A DNA stretch of 64,000 nucleotides from an uncultured Candidatus Saccharibacteria bacterium (GTDB lineage: Bacteria > Patescibacteriota > JACMRA01): the NCBI GenBank assembly GCA_964631275.1, contig CAZVWQ010000002.1:26206-90205 (forward strand). Reading direction: 5' to 3'. Shown in pieces: positions 44,342-54,291 of this stretch (within the stretch, counting starts at the first letter, position 1; each line of letters opens with the position of its first letter). The notes under the pieces were generated by a model, which was not told the origin of the DNA, made no database searches, and saw nothing but the letters and a program-made list of their open reading frames with translations. The translations under genes were made by a program, and so were the position numbers.

Positions 44342-45679
44342 TTAGCAAAAATCAAATGCGGCTTTTATTTCTTTAATTACTTGACTTCTAGTTAATCCAT
44401 ACCAAAAAGCTAGTTCATCAAGGCTGTCAGAATCTTGCAAAATGTGAGATAGCTGTTCGTAATTTTGTATTTCGTAGCAAGGAATCGCAGTAGTTAAAAA
44501 GTCAGATTTTGGGTTAATAATACCTGAATTTTGAGAAATTGAGTTATTTTCGAGTTCAGTATTTTGTATTGGCTGGGCAGATTTTCTTTCTTTTTGTTGA
44601 GATTTAGAGCTTGTATTCCTTGAATTTTTTATAAAAGCATTGCTTTTTGATTCGGAGTTATTACTTTTGGTAGAAGTGCTAGACTGGCTGCTAGTCTCTT
44701 TGGTTAGTTCTTTTTCTGTAGCTCTTAGAATCATAGGAGGAAGTTTACTTAAAGATTCTTCTTTGGCTTGATTAGCTTTGGTAGTATCTTTAGATTCTGA
44801 ACTTTTTGTTTCTTCCTGTTTTTCCTCACCTTTGAAGGTAGGGTTTTCTATAGGCTTAATTTTTTGGCAATTTTCTTTGCTTAATTTTAGTTTTTTGAAT
44901 TCTTCTCTTAATCCTATGAATCGACTAGAAATACCCTCAAGTTCTTCTTTATGACCTTCGCCAAACATGAACTGAACTCTTAGATCCCATTCGCTACAAC
45001 CATCTTCTTCAGATAGAGAGATTTTTTCTAGAATTTGTCGATCTTCAGTTATAATTATAGTTTCGTTAGCTTTCAAAATTTTTTCTTTGTTTAGAGCACC
45101 TTCAGATTGAATCTCATGTTCGGGCAGTTTTTGGGAAATACCAACTGCACCTTCTAGTACTTTAATGACTGATTCTTGCAAATCATTACTAATTTTAAAA
45201 CTAGTGCCTTTGACTTTGGCTATGGCGGTAGAGGTTTCTATTTCGTAGGTTTTATTTTCTACTAACTTCTGAACATTGTGCCAAGTACTGCCAAAAAATT
45301 GCCGAATAGAAGTTTTTCCATCTTGGTAACTAATTTGCAATTCTGTATTTTTGTCTATCGAAATTAAAGAATTATCAGGTAAAAGAACTTCAGCATAAGC
45401 TAAGCTTGTCTTAATAAAAGTATCAGAAACCACAAGTTTTTCAGCAGAATTGATCTGCTCATAATTATCTTGAGTTGGCTCTCTAAAATAAACCTCTCCA
45501 CCTTGCGGATAGACGCTAATATTTCCTTCAGTAATACTAGCTCCTAAGACGGTTCTTTCCTGGGGTGGGAAGTTTTGACTAGTCCTAATCAGTAATCCAA
45601 TTGTAACAAAGGTGATTATAGAAATTATTAAGATTAAACTATAAGCTGACCAATTGTTTTTATTTTTTTGTAGCATCAT
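44342..45679 (-). CDS. membrane-anchored FecR-domain protein with a S/K/E-rich region
   Basis: N-terminal TM helix. ..AEVLLPDNSLISIDKNTELQISY..IETSTAIAKVKGTSFKIS resembles the FecR fold signature. Confidence 0.6.
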   Translation of the reverse strand: MMLQKNKNNWSAYSLILIISIITFVTIGLLIRTSQNFPPQERTVLGASITEGNISVYPQGGEVYFREPTQDNYEQINSAEKLVVSDTFIKTSLAYAEVLLPDNSLISIDKNTELQISYQDGKTSIRQFFGSTWHNVQKLVENKTYEIETSTAIAKVKGTSFKISNDLQESVIKVLEGAVGISQKLPEHEIQSEGALNKEKILKANETIIITEDRQILEKISLSEEDGCSEWDLRVQFMFGEGHKEELEGISSRFIGLREEFKKLKLSKENCQKIKPIENPTFKGEEKQEETKSSESKDTTKANQAKEESLSKLPPMILRATEKELTKETSSQSSTSTKSNNSESKSNAFIKNSRNTSSKSQQKERKSAQPIQNTELENNSISQNSGIINPKSDFLTTAIPCYEIQNYEQLSHILQDSDSLDELAFWYGLTRSQVIKEIKAAFDFC

Positions 45680-46115
45680 ACTATTTCACTTAAATTTTTA
45701 ATAAGTAAGATAGCTGTTTGATTGTGTTTTTAAGCTATACATTTTTTGATGTACTATAAGGATACTTCTATTTACTTAGGATGTAAAATTTTTTCAAAAA
45801 ATACTTAATAAATCTATTAAAACAAACTATTTACCCTATTTGCTAACCAAAAAAATATGGAGTGAATTATATCTTTTTTGTTATTTATACTTAAAATATA
45901 AAGTGTAAATTTTTTATAACTAGCTAGCTTGGGTTACAAATTTGCAAAAAAACAAAAGCCATGATATACTTAAAATTATAAAATACTTGTTAGGTATATC
46001 TAGCAAATTAATTTTATTAGTATTAAATATACAACTTGCCTTTTTTAATTTAAAATAAATTGATTCAGGCAAATAGCTTGTTTTGGAGAACAAAACAAAA
46101 TAAAAATAAATAATT

Positions 46116-47870
46116 ATGTTCGGTTTTGGAAAAAATAAAGGTTCCACCCCTATTCAAAATACTCAAGGAGACCAAATTCAATTTGATCCTAGTCAGGTAA
46201 ATTATGATCCTAATTCTCAAGGTTCGGATCAAGCAGCTATACCTAATCTTGGCATGGCACCTCAGTTTTCACCTTCAGGCCAGACGCAAAATCAAAATTT
46301 TACTGCCTTAAGTCAAAACACTGCTAGTCAGTCACAAGCTGACCAATTTAATCCTGCTGACCAAAGTCAAGTTTTTTTAGAAAATCAAAATACAAACAAC
46401 TTTAACCCTCAAGTAGGAGCCCAGGTTCAACCAGCTTACCAACAGGGTCAACCTTCGATATCTAACCAAAGCAATCCAAATCCTGTTATTAACCCTAATC
46501 CCGAAATGCAGGAAGGGCGAGATGAAAATATCGTAAATACTGGTAATTTTAGTCAGTATAATTCTAATCTAAACTTAGAACCTACAACTACTGTGACTAA
46601 CCTCCAGCCTAGCCAAGGACTCCCTCAGTTTGATGAAAACAATTTTAATCAAGAGCTTCAAGGTAATCTAAACGGTAATTTACAAACCAGTACTCCTCTT
46701 ACAGATCAAAATTTAGATACTCAGACGCTTAATACTAGTTTTGAAAATTCTAATTTTCCATTAGAGCAGCAATTTCCGTCAAATAATCCTCAGGATTTTG
46801 GATCTCAACCAGAGTTTAATATTGATCAACAAACGAATTCTCAAACCTTACCAGAGTCTAATTTGCAATTGCAGAGAGATAGTCAACAAACCAGCCAAGA
46901 TCAAGGTCAACCGCAACCTTTAGATCCTCAAAATGATTTTCAACCCCAGCAGAATTTAGACATAGAGGCTAGTCAGGATTTACAAAATCCAGGATTTCAA
47001 AATGAAAATTACAATCAAAACTTTACAGACTTTAATCAAACAGGTCAAAACCTAGCTTCTCAGAATTTTCAAACTGAAATGCAATCTAATCAATCGCAAA
47101 TTGATTCTAGTCAGTTTGGAGGAAATTCCCAAGATTTTCAGAATTTTCAGTTATCACCTACTGCTATAGATCCAGAAGCTATCAAAAAAGTCAATGAAAT
47201 ACTCGATTTATTAACTGAGGGTATTTCAGAAGATCAAAAAGAAAAAGAAAAAGCTAAAAAAGCTACTCAGATAGCTCAAGGCTTAGGTATTTTTAGCACA
47301 GAAAATTTCGGTAGCGAAGATAAAAGTTTAGAATTTTTTATTCAAGAAATTAGTCAGATATATCAAGTTGGTTTAGAAACAAAAACATACGTATTTAATA
47401 ATTTTTATTTACAAAATTCTAGTCAGTTAGGAATTGATATAAATACTAACGCACTAGAACAAAGCCCAAAAGATCAAGAAATAATAGACTTTTTAAGAAT
47501 CTTAGCAAAAGGTAAATTTGTAGAAGTTTATAAAGAGATTCGATCCAAATCAAAGTTAACTGCAAATACAGATACAGGAGAAGAAGTTAATTATCTAAGG
47601 GTTTTAGAAGAGCTAGAGAGGCAAAATCCAAACGATACAATGATAGAAAGTATTATAAATAAAGTTAAAAATATCCAAGAATTCAAAGATTTATTTAGTG
47701 GGTGTGAAAACTATCTCAAATCTCATAATTTTGAACTTAATAAAAATGAAAGCCAACTAAAATTAATTCTTACTACATCTGACATTATAGCTTTAGATGG
47801 TAATAATAAGGCTGCTTTTATAGAACAACTTAACCAAGTCAACCAAAAGATTGCACAGATCCTAGATTAG
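46116..47870 (+). CDS. Q/N/P-rich low-complexity protein with a globular C-terminal domain
   Basis: About 350 aa dominated by Q, N, P and S, then about 230 aa of ordinary composition. Confidence 0.65.
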   Translation: MFGFGKNKGSTPIQNTQGDQIQFDPSQVNYDPNSQGSDQAAIPNLGMAPQFSPSGQTQNQNFTALSQNTASQSQADQFNPADQSQVFLENQNTNNFNPQVGAQVQPAYQQGQPSISNQSNPNPVINPNPEMQEGRDENIVNTGNFSQYNSNLNLEPTTTVTNLQPSQGLPQFDENNFNQELQGNLNGNLQTSTPLTDQNLDTQTLNTSFENSNFPLEQQFPSNNPQDFGSQPEFNIDQQTNSQTLPESNLQLQRDSQQTSQDQGQPQPLDPQNDFQPQQNLDIEASQDLQNPGFQNENYNQNFTDFNQTGQNLASQNFQTEMQSNQSQIDSSQFGGNSQDFQNFQLSPTAIDPEAIKKVNEILDLLTEGISEDQKEKEKAKKATQIAQGLGIFSTENFGSEDKSLEFFIQEISQIYQVGLETKTYVFNNFYLQNSSQLGIDINTNALEQSPKDQEIIDFLRILAKGKFVEVYKEIRSKSKLTANTDTGEEVNYLRVLEELERQNPNDTMIESIINKVKNIQEFKDLFSGCENYLKSHNFELNKNESQLKLILTTSDIIALDGNNKAAFIEQLNQVNQKIAQILD

Positions 47871-47878
47871 GATAGTCT

Positions 47879-48862
47879 CTATTTATCATGGTTCAAAAAG
47901 CTGTATTTTTTGGCATTTTTAATTACTTCTTTAATTTGTTTTTCGGTTAAGATTTCTTTTTCGTGTAGAGTTTCTAGCTCTTTTTTTACGTTAGTATTAT
48001 AAAACACTGGTCCATCAGAATTAATTGTAAACTTAACTCCACGTTGCAAAAAGGTCTCCAAGATCTGATGCACCTCGAGCCAGTTGCGGACAATACTCAA
48101 GATCACGTTGGATGTTGGACAAACCTCCAGACAAATATCTCTTTTTGTTAATTCTTCCATTAGCTTGTCATCGCCAGCTGCCTTTATTCCATGTCCAATC
48201 CTATCAGGGTCAAACAGCTTAATTACTTCCCACATCTCTTCTACTGGCTGAGCCTCGCCAGTGTGGATAGTTACCCCAAGACCATAATTTTTGGCTTTTT
48301 CGATTGATTTTTTTATACTAGTCATCTCGAAACTTTTGACATTTGGCCCGCTTAGATCTACTCCAACTATACCTTCATTTCTGAATTTTATAGCCTTGTC
48401 GACAATAATAGCGTTTTGTTTTTCGGTAAATCTTCTATCCATCTCTAAAATAATTCCAGCCTTAACTGGATAAATCATGCAGGCTTTTTTCATACCCACA
48501 ATACTACTAAAGATAATTCTATCCAGGTCGTAGGTTTTGTCACTATTTCTTCTCATTGGATTAAAGCGGATCTCGACAATTTCGGCATTAGCTTTACGAT
48601 AAGATAAAGAAATAGCCTCCTGCACTGAGGTTTCAACCGCATCTGGACTGGACTGGATTAGCTGAGTCATATCAAAATATCCATGATAACTCTGAAAATC
48701 GATCTTATGGTCAATTTTTACTAATTCTAGAAACTTCCAATAATCCTTTTCAGGTAAAGCGACCCCACGATGATGAGCTAACTCCCAAAGTAAATGTGCT
48801 GTAGAAGCTGATCCTAGGTGCATATGTAGGTCAACTGTGCTTCCGAGTGATAGTCCGGCCAT
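47879..48862 (-). CDS. add: adenosine/adenine deaminase family protein
   Basis: VDLHMHLGSA, HTGE, INSDGP. ATG 48862 preferred over the track's TTG 48898. Confidence 0.85.
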   Translation of the reverse strand: MAGLSLGSTVDLHMHLGSASTAHLLWELAHHRGVALPEKDYWKFLELVKIDHKIDFQSYHGYFDMTQLIQSSPDAVETSVQEAISLSYRKANAEIVEIRFNPMRRNSDKTYDLDRIIFSSIVGMKKACMIYPVKAGIILEMDRRFTEKQNAIIVDKAIKFRNEGIVGVDLSGPNVKSFEMTSIKKSIEKAKNYGLGVTIHTGEAQPVEEMWEVIKLFDPDRIGHGIKAAGDDKLMEELTKRDICLEVCPTSNVILSIVRNWLEVHQILETFLQRGVKFTINSDGPVFYNTNVKKELETLHEKEILTEKQIKEVIKNAKKYSFLNHDK

Positions 48863-49175
48863 ATTGGATTTAACTGCATAGATTCCTGACTTTGTCAAAG
48901 TTGACAGGAGGGGTTTATTTGGATTTGATTAAATAAGTTAAGATTTATACAAAATACAAAATACTTTATTAGATCTTTTGCATAACCTAGCAGTAAATCT
49001 CCTTTTAAAAAAATTTGAAGTCTCTTTAAACATGTAATGCAAGAATTTTATTTTATATTTGGTTTACAGAATTCGTTTGTGTGTTTTTAATTTATGCTCA
49101 ACGCAAGACAAATCTCAGTTTTTTTAGAATCTAAATTTTTGTTTTTAGTTTTTTATCTTTATTCAAACCTATTTT

Positions 49176-49375
49176 GTTTTATAAATACAACCTAGTTAAG
49201 TTTTAATTAAAAAAACTTGTTCTTAATCCAAAAGTAAAAATTGGTACGAGCTTATGCCTAATCCATTTACTATTATCTAAATTCAGCTTCAAAATTTACA
49301 TTTTTAAATCTTAAAAAGCTGCAAAATACGTTTAAAATCGAATTAAGCTTAAATTTGGTTATGAAATGGATATAA
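49176..49375. repeat. composite of repeat families D and E
   Basis: ..acaacctagttaagttttaattaaaaaaac..aaaagtaaaaattggtacgagctta.. then ..agcttcaaaatttacatttttaaatc.. Confidence 0.6.
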
Positions 49376-49719
49376 ATTTCCTTACTCCAAAAAAAACAAA
49401 GTCATTGACTTAAAAGTATATCCAGATTAATCCAAACTAAACCTTTATCAATTTGCAAGTATTTGCTTTATTCTGATTAAATATAGATAAATTTATAAGC
49501 AAAAATACTATTTATTAAGAGTTTTTAAGTGTAGATAAAAGTTATAATTAGTTTGATAATTTTACAGAAACTATATATAGTTCAACCAAAAATTAGACTT
49601 CAAAAAACTGAAATTTGTTTTATACTCGATGTAAATTTTAGCAGATTTAGGCAAACAAAGAGCTAGTTCAAAGTGCTTAAAGAGGTTTCAAAATATTAAT
49701 TACTTTATTAACACTGCTT

Positions 49720-51276
49720 ATGATTACCAAAATTTTAACAGCAACTAATTTAGGACTGCAAACTCAACTAGTAGAATGTGAGATTGATATTTCACCTGGT
49801 ATGCCGGCTATGGTTGTAGTTGGTTTGCCAGATAAAGCTGTTCAGGAAAGTAGAGAAAGAATCAGAGCAGCAATTAAGCAGAGTGGATATGACTTCCCTT
49901 TAGGAAAAATCACAATAAACCTGGCTCCAGCTGGAATTGCTAAGTCTGGATCTAGTTTTGATTTGCCAGTTGCTTTAGGAATTTTACATTCGATTGGATT
50001 TGTACTAAAAGAAATTAGCAACAAGAGTCTCTTTTTGGGCGAGTTATCTCTAGATGGTAAACTTAGGCCAATTAAAGGTGTTCTGACTTTGTGTTTATGG
50101 GCTAGCCAAAATGGGTACACAGAAATATTTATCCCCAAAGCTAATTTTCAAGAAGGTTCTTTGGTTAAAAATATTAATATTTATGCGGTAGAGACTTTAA
50201 CTGAAATTGTTGATTATTTGAACCAAAAAATAAAATTAAAAAAACTAGAACCGGTAGATCTAAAAGACTTTTCTCAAAAAATTAATTTAGATAAGATTAT
50301 AGATGAAAATGGTTTATATCTCAATGATTTGGCCTACGTTCGAGGACAAAAAGTAGCCAAAAGAGGCTTAGAAATAGCGGCTAGTGGTGGGCATAATGTG
50401 CTGTTTATAGGACAGCCCGGAAGTGGAAAAACTTTATTAGCCAAAAGCTATCCAACAATTTTACCACGTATGACCGAGAGAGAAATTTTAGAAGTAACTC
50501 AGCTTTATTCTATTAGTGGCCTGCTTGATGATGGAGAAATTATTACTCAAAGGCCTTTCCGTTCACCACATCACTCTAGCTCTCATATCGCTTTAGTAGG
50601 AGGTGGGTCAAAACTTAGGCCAGGAGAGATTAGTCTTGCCCATCGAGGAGTTTTATTTTTGGATGAATTTCCAGAATTTAGCCGAGAGACTTTAGAAGCT
50701 CTAAGGCAACCTTTAGAAGATGGTAGGGTCACCATTTCTCGTGCTTCAGGATCGGTGGAATATCCAAGTAGGTTTTATTTACTGGCCGCAGCCAACCCCA
50801 CACCTAGCGGATTTGATCCAGATAATCCAGATGCTCTTAGTAGGCCTCAAAATCGCTCGGCTATTAACCGTTATCAAGCTAAGTTTAGTGGGCCTATCTT
50901 AGATCGAATAGATATCCAAGTAGAAGTTAATAGGCCAAAAAAAGAAGAATTACAAAACAAAGAAATGTCTGAACCTAGCTCGCAAGTAGCTAGTAGAGTT
51001 CAAAAAGCTAGGGATATACAAAGTCAAAGGTTTCAGAACGAAACTATCTTTACTAACGCAGAGATGAGCCTTAAATTAATTGAAAAATATTGCCAACTCG
51101 ATGTAGAAAGTAAAAATCTCTTAGATGCTGCTATCGATAAGTTCAGAATGTCAGCTCGTAGTTACATGCGAATTCTAAAACTATCTCGAACAATTGCTGA
51201 TTTAGATGGTTCTGAAAATATCTTATCTAAACATTTAGCTGAGAGCTTGCAGTACCGAGGTAGGTGGGGAGGTTAA
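49720..51276 (+). CDS. comM: YifB/ComM family Mg-chelatase-like AAA+ ATPase
   Basis: Lon-like N-domain, GQPGSGKT, VLFLDEFPEF, C-terminal helical domain. 518 aa. Confidence 0.93.
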   Translation: MITKILTATNLGLQTQLVECEIDISPGMPAMVVVGLPDKAVQESRERIRAAIKQSGYDFPLGKITINLAPAGIAKSGSSFDLPVALGILHSIGFVLKEISNKSLFLGELSLDGKLRPIKGVLTLCLWASQNGYTEIFIPKANFQEGSLVKNINIYAVETLTEIVDYLNQKIKLKKLEPVDLKDFSQKINLDKIIDENGLYLNDLAYVRGQKVAKRGLEIAASGGHNVLFIGQPGSGKTLLAKSYPTILPRMTEREILEVTQLYSISGLLDDGEIITQRPFRSPHHSSSHIALVGGGSKLRPGEISLAHRGVLFLDEFPEFSRETLEALRQPLEDGRVTISRASGSVEYPSRFYLLAAANPTPSGFDPDNPDALSRPQNRSAINRYQAKFSGPILDRIDIQVEVNRPKKEELQNKEMSEPSSQVASRVQKARDIQSQRFQNETIFTNAEMSLKLIEKYCQLDVESKNLLDAAIDKFRMSARSYMRILKLSRTIADLDGSENILSKHLAESLQYRGRWGG

Positions 51277-51283
51277 GGTAAAT

Positions 51284-51455
51284 ATATACCAAGCTCGTAT
51301 CAACTTTTAGTTTTAGATTAAAAATAAGTCTTTTATAATTAGATCAGCTAAAATTAGGACTTTTTGAGTTTTTAAATATTTTCTTTTAATCTTTATTAAA
51401 TCTAGCTTAAATCAAAAATTTAGATTTTAAATTAAATTAAACTTGTCTTAGGTGA
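51284..51455. repeat. repeat family D (composite)
   Basis: atataccaagctcgtatcaacttttagttttagatt..attaggactttttgagtttttaaat.. parallels 2349-2525. Confidence 0.55.
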
Positions 51456-51491
51456 TGTGATTTCAACATAAATACTTGACTAATTAAAAAC

Positions 51492-51520
51492 TTGACTTAA
51501 TTATACTTTTTAAGTATGAT
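51492..51520 (+). promoter_or_regulatory. sigma70-type promoter (TTGACT, 17-nt spacer, TATGAT)
   Basis: ttgacttaattatactttttaagtatgat. ATG at 51538. Confidence 0.4.
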
Positions 51521-51537
51521 ATATGTCATATTTTTGT

Positions 51538-53079
51538 ATGACAGTAAAAAATCTAAAAATTGGTTTAAATATCTTAGGCTTTGGTTTACTTTGTCTTGGA
51601 TTAGTAGTTTTTGGTCTAACCATGGAAGCTCAATATATTGATGATGATAATCATAATGTAGCTTGTTATGCTGTGGCTGATAATGGGGTAAATGACGGCC
51701 CCGACCAACTAGTCAGAATATTTCAAAACGAAATTGTAGTAATTGGTGATTATACTGGCACTCAAGGCATCGAAGGCATGGCTATTAACAGGGCTACAGG
51801 GGAGGTTTATGCAGCTGATGCTGGCAGGTTAGGAAGATTAAATTTGCAAACTGGACTTTTTAGTTTTGTAGCTAATTTTGGTAGCGGTAGAGGTAGTATT
51901 GGCGACAGACAATTTAGAGATGTTGATGCTTTAGTAATTGACTCAGAAACTAATATTTTATTTGGAGTTAATAAAATTTCTGAAACCAGAGAACACTTGT
52001 TATTTCAGTTTGATCTTAATACTAATCAATTAATCAGAGATGCTTATGGGCCTGGAGCTGACTATGTAGTAGTTAGGCATCAAGGAGTCAGTCAAGGAGT
52101 TAATGATTTAACATGGTATCAAGGAGATTTGATTGGAGTCGGATACTATAACAACATGGCAAATAATGGCTCAAACAAAGTTTATAGGATTTTTAATCTT
52201 AATCGATATACTGGCGAGGTAAGCGAGAGCTACAATACAGAAATTAGAGATATAGAGGCTATTAATACTGACCCTTTTGGCCAATTATACGGAATTGTGT
52301 CTGCTCAAGGGTTTAGTCATGCAGATACTATTTTTAAGATGACTAGATTTGGTCAAATTGACCTAAATAGTAGCAGGTCAATTACTGTAGGCTTTGATTA
52401 TGAGGCTGTAGTTTGCATCGAATACTATCCTACTGATGACTCTTCTTCGTCAAGTGAAGACAGCAACTTTAGCTCTAGTACTTCTGAGCAAAGTTCAGTT
52501 AGCTCTGTGGATTCTTCTGATTCGTCAGAAGATAGTGAAGATAGTGAAGATAGTGATTTATCTGATTCTAATAATTCTAGCTCAGAAATTAGTTTATCTA
52601 GTGATAATAGTATCCAAAGCTCATTGTCTAGTGATTACTCAAGCTCGTTTAGTAATTCTGATAGTTCTAACTCTTCTCAGTTAAATCAAAATACTGATAA
52701 TAATTCTAGCTCTTCAAATGACTCGGGTAACTTTAACTTTTCTCAATATATACCTGAAGACTATACTCCTACTATAATCCAAAATAGCTATCCAGGTCAT
52801 CCTAATTTTAAGCAGCTAAATAATCAAGATTTTTCAGAAAACAACACTAACATTATTGATGATAATGAAGCTATAATCACTCAAAACATTTCAGAATTAA
52901 ATAGTAACAGCACTGAAAATACACCTAGCTCACTTACATTAATTAGAACTGGAGGTCAAAATAGCTTTATTACGAGACTTGCTATTTCTATGATTTTGGT
53001 TTTATTTGGTATTAGCCTTTTGCTTATCAATATGAGGATTTCAGAAGAATCTATGAGATATACTAAAATCAACTTCTAA
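51538..53079 (+). CDS. cell-surface protein with signal/TM N-terminus, repeat-like globular domain, S/D-rich stalk and a sortase-type sorting-signal variant
   Basis: C-terminus reads LIRTGG, then hydrophobic ITRLAISMILVLFGISLLLI, then a charged tail. SSSSEDS.. stalk. Confidence 0.7.
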   Translation: MTVKNLKIGLNILGFGLLCLGLVVFGLTMEAQYIDDDNHNVACYAVADNGVNDGPDQLVRIFQNEIVVIGDYTGTQGIEGMAINRATGEVYAADAGRLGRLNLQTGLFSFVANFGSGRGSIGDRQFRDVDALVIDSETNILFGVNKISETREHLLFQFDLNTNQLIRDAYGPGADYVVVRHQGVSQGVNDLTWYQGDLIGVGYYNNMANNGSNKVYRIFNLNRYTGEVSESYNTEIRDIEAINTDPFGQLYGIVSAQGFSHADTIFKMTRFGQIDLNSSRSITVGFDYEAVVCIEYYPTDDSSSSSEDSNFSSSTSEQSSVSSVDSSDSSEDSEDSEDSDLSDSNNSSSEISLSSDNSIQSSLSSDYSSSFSNSDSSNSSQLNQNTDNNSSSSNDSGNFNFSQYIPEDYTPTIIQNSYPGHPNFKQLNNQDFSENNTNIIDDNEAIITQNISELNSNSTENTPSSLTLIRTGGQNSFITRLAISMILVLFGISLLLINMRISEESMRYTKINF

Positions 53080-53174
53080 TTAGGGTTTTTTTAATTTAAA
53101 AAATATTTTTTGATGCTGACCAGGTCAAACTAAAGTGAAATATATGGTTATATATAAAATACCCTGCTCATAAT

Positions 53175-53241
53175 TATAGTCAATCCCTATAAAACTTAAA
53201 CGTTTTATATATCTTACCATAACGATTAGCCCAAAAGGTAT
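53175..53241 (+). repeat. repeat family A, internally deleted copy
   Basis: tatagtcaatccctata..taccataacgattagcccaaaaggtat. Confidence 0.5.
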
Positions 53242-53340
53242 TTGATAATTTTTGTAATTCAAACCAAAATATAAAATCTAGAATTATTTTTAGTTTTGAG
53301 ACGAGACTAATAACTGCCATCTTATTAGTTATTAAACCTA

Positions 53341-54255
53341 TTAAACCTTCTTTTTGGCTAGTAATTTAGCCACTTCCAAAATCTTCTCCCGTTTACGAGT
53401 ATAAGCTCTTTTTGTTAAAACATTGTAATTGTTTTTTTCTATTTTATCTAAAATTTTAGAATAAATTAAGCAGGCAGATTTTAAACCAAATAAACCTTCA
53501 GGGTTTAAATATTCAAAGCCTACCCAATTATCTCGATACATTTTTTTAGTGATTTTTATGTAATTTTTGATTAATTCGATAAACTCAGGGTTAATTTTTT
53601 TTTGTTTTAAAGATTCTTCAGTCACTTTATATTTTTTGAGATCAGTTTCTGGTAAATAGATTCTATTGCGTTCAAATAAGTCTTCACCTACATCTCTAAG
53701 AATATTTGTCAGTTGTAGAGCAATTCCCATGTTTTTGGCATGCTTAATTACTCTCTCGTCAGTATACCCAATCAAATCGGTCATTATCAAACCTACAGTT
53801 CCAGCTACCCGGTAGCAATACAACTTCAGTTCTTTGAGATCTTTATATCTAGTTTTACTTAAATCCATCTCTACTCCTAGAAGAAGGTCATAAAACCATT
53901 TAGGGTTGATCAAACATTTATTAACAGTATCTAAAAAAGCTGGAAAAATTCTGAGCGTATCTTTTTTGTCCTCTGGGTGGAGTTTAGTTAAAAATTTCTG
54001 GTAATCTTTTTTTTCAATTCCTCTTTTGGTTACTTTTTGGAAAGTCTTTAAATTCTCGGTAATCTTTTTTTTGGTTTTATATCTAGGTTCGTCAGCTAAA
54101 CTATCAGCAAAGCGACAATAGGCATAAATTGCAAAAGCAGCTTTTCTTTTGTTTTTGTCTAAAAATTTACTAGCAAAATAAAAACTAGTGGCATTAGCTT
54201 TGGTTATCTGCTTACAAAAAGCATAAGATTCGGAAATAGAAACTAACTCTGACAC
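53341..54255 (-). CDS. squalene/phytoene synthase family protein
   Basis: YAYCRFADSLADE and NILRDVGEDL Asp-rich motifs. Confidence 0.85.
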   Translation of the reverse strand: MSELVSISESYAFCKQITKANATSFYFASKFLDKNKRKAAFAIYAYCRFADSLADEPRYKTKKKITENLKTFQKVTKRGIEKKDYQKFLTKLHPEDKKDTLRIFPAFLDTVNKCLINPKWFYDLLLGVEMDLSKTRYKDLKELKLYCYRVAGTVGLIMTDLIGYTDERVIKHAKNMGIALQLTNILRDVGEDLFERNRIYLPETDLKKYKVTEESLKQKKINPEFIELIKNYIKITKKMYRDNWVGFEYLNPEGLFGLKSACLIYSKILDKIEKNNYNVLTKRAYTRKREKILEVAKLLAKKKV

Positions 54256-54291
54256 TAATCAAAACTCAGAAAAATTGTTTTTTTTGTCTAA

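Noticed and set aside
45920-46147. ORF 45920-46147 (minus strand); also 5447-5653, 25297-25521, 31183-31395, 40538-40735, 41042-41448, 48291-48473, 49842-50138, 50720-50902, 52436-52684 and 54794-55063
   Set aside because: These are short AT-rich or antisense/overlapping frames. They have no motifs and conflict with better-supported genes or promoter regions.
1196-53320. CRISPR array among the repeats
   Set aside because: The repeats are dispersed, of different lengths and orientations, and not regularly spaced with unique spacers. There are no cas genes.
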